From NCBI GenBank assembly GCA_048128005.1, contig JBEUKZ010000125.1, positions 372,001-436,000 of the forward strand: 64,000 nucleotides of DNA. The letters are read 5' to 3'. The DNA is from Veleropilina oligotropha (taxonomy: Eukaryota). The notes under the pieces are model-generated. The model was not told where the DNA came from, did not search any database, and worked only from the letters and a program-made list of their open reading frames with translations. Shown here piece by piece: positions 63,366 to 64,000 of this stretch; position 1 is the stretch's first letter, and each line of letters opens with the position of its first letter. Both the position numbers and the translations under genes were made by a program.

Positions 63366-63712
63366 ACAAGAACGACGCGTTCGAAATATGTCTTGACCTT
63401 TCTTTATTTCCCTCAAATTTTCATAACAGTTAATACAATGGCTAAGTGCAAGTACTTCATGGCTTAATTTACTACCCCGTCGATTATGACGTCACCAAAT
63501 GACGATTAATCTAAAGCGACGTCGTAATGACGTCATTGCTATTTGCTTGCAATATTAGACATCCGTTATATACAAATATGGATAAAAGTGCTCAATAAAT
63601 GCATATTTTTGCAAAATTGTGTCGCGAAAGTTATATACACGACCTACAAATACTCTTGGGAATGTGTGTACCAATTTTGGTGAAAATTGAGCGGGTAGTT
63701 TTCAAATAAATC

Positions 63713-63760
<48 letters not shown>

Positions 63761-63851
63761 TATATAAGTATATAAGTATATAAGTATATATGTATATACA
63801 CACGGACCATTTGATAATGTCGTCCTTTTTTACAAAAAGGTCAAGACATAA
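63366..63851. mobile_element. Young interspersed element, twin of 41915-42381
   Basis: direct near-identity over ~470 bp. Confidence 0.85.
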
Positions 63852-64000
63852 AAATTGAGCAATTTGCATCAATGGTTGTTGAGATATGCTTGCGAACAGA
63901 CAATTTGAAAAGCGGAAATTGCGTCATATAATCCAGATCTGGTTTTCGATTCGGATCACATAAATTTGAGGAAGGCCGAGCGTAGGATGTCAAAAAAATG

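Overview
AT-rich eukaryotic (animal) genomic DNA; the repeat landscape suggests a marine invertebrate such as a mollusc (inference). Almost the whole window is one intron-rich minus-strand gene, a BAZ2B/toutatis-type ISWI accessory subunit. I traced 32 GT-AG coding exons by hand with consistent phases (about 1825 codons: MBD/TAM, coiled coil, DDT, WHIM1-3, first PHD finger); the C-terminus with the bromodomain lies beyond position 1. The introns hold a decayed Penelope-like retroelement (RT plus GIY-YIG) with an inverted pseudo-LTR carrying a minimal hammerhead ribozyme with a G3-C8 core swap, many Helentron-like non-autonomous elements, tRNA-derived SINEs and several MITEs. The most unusual signal is that seven exon/intron junctions have each been amplified into their own tandem minisatellite (units 30-78 bp, up to about 25 copies). 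Each unit is exon edge plus splice site, which builds ladders of decoy or alternative splice sites into the intron. Coordinates and family calls come from reading the sequence; no searches were run.
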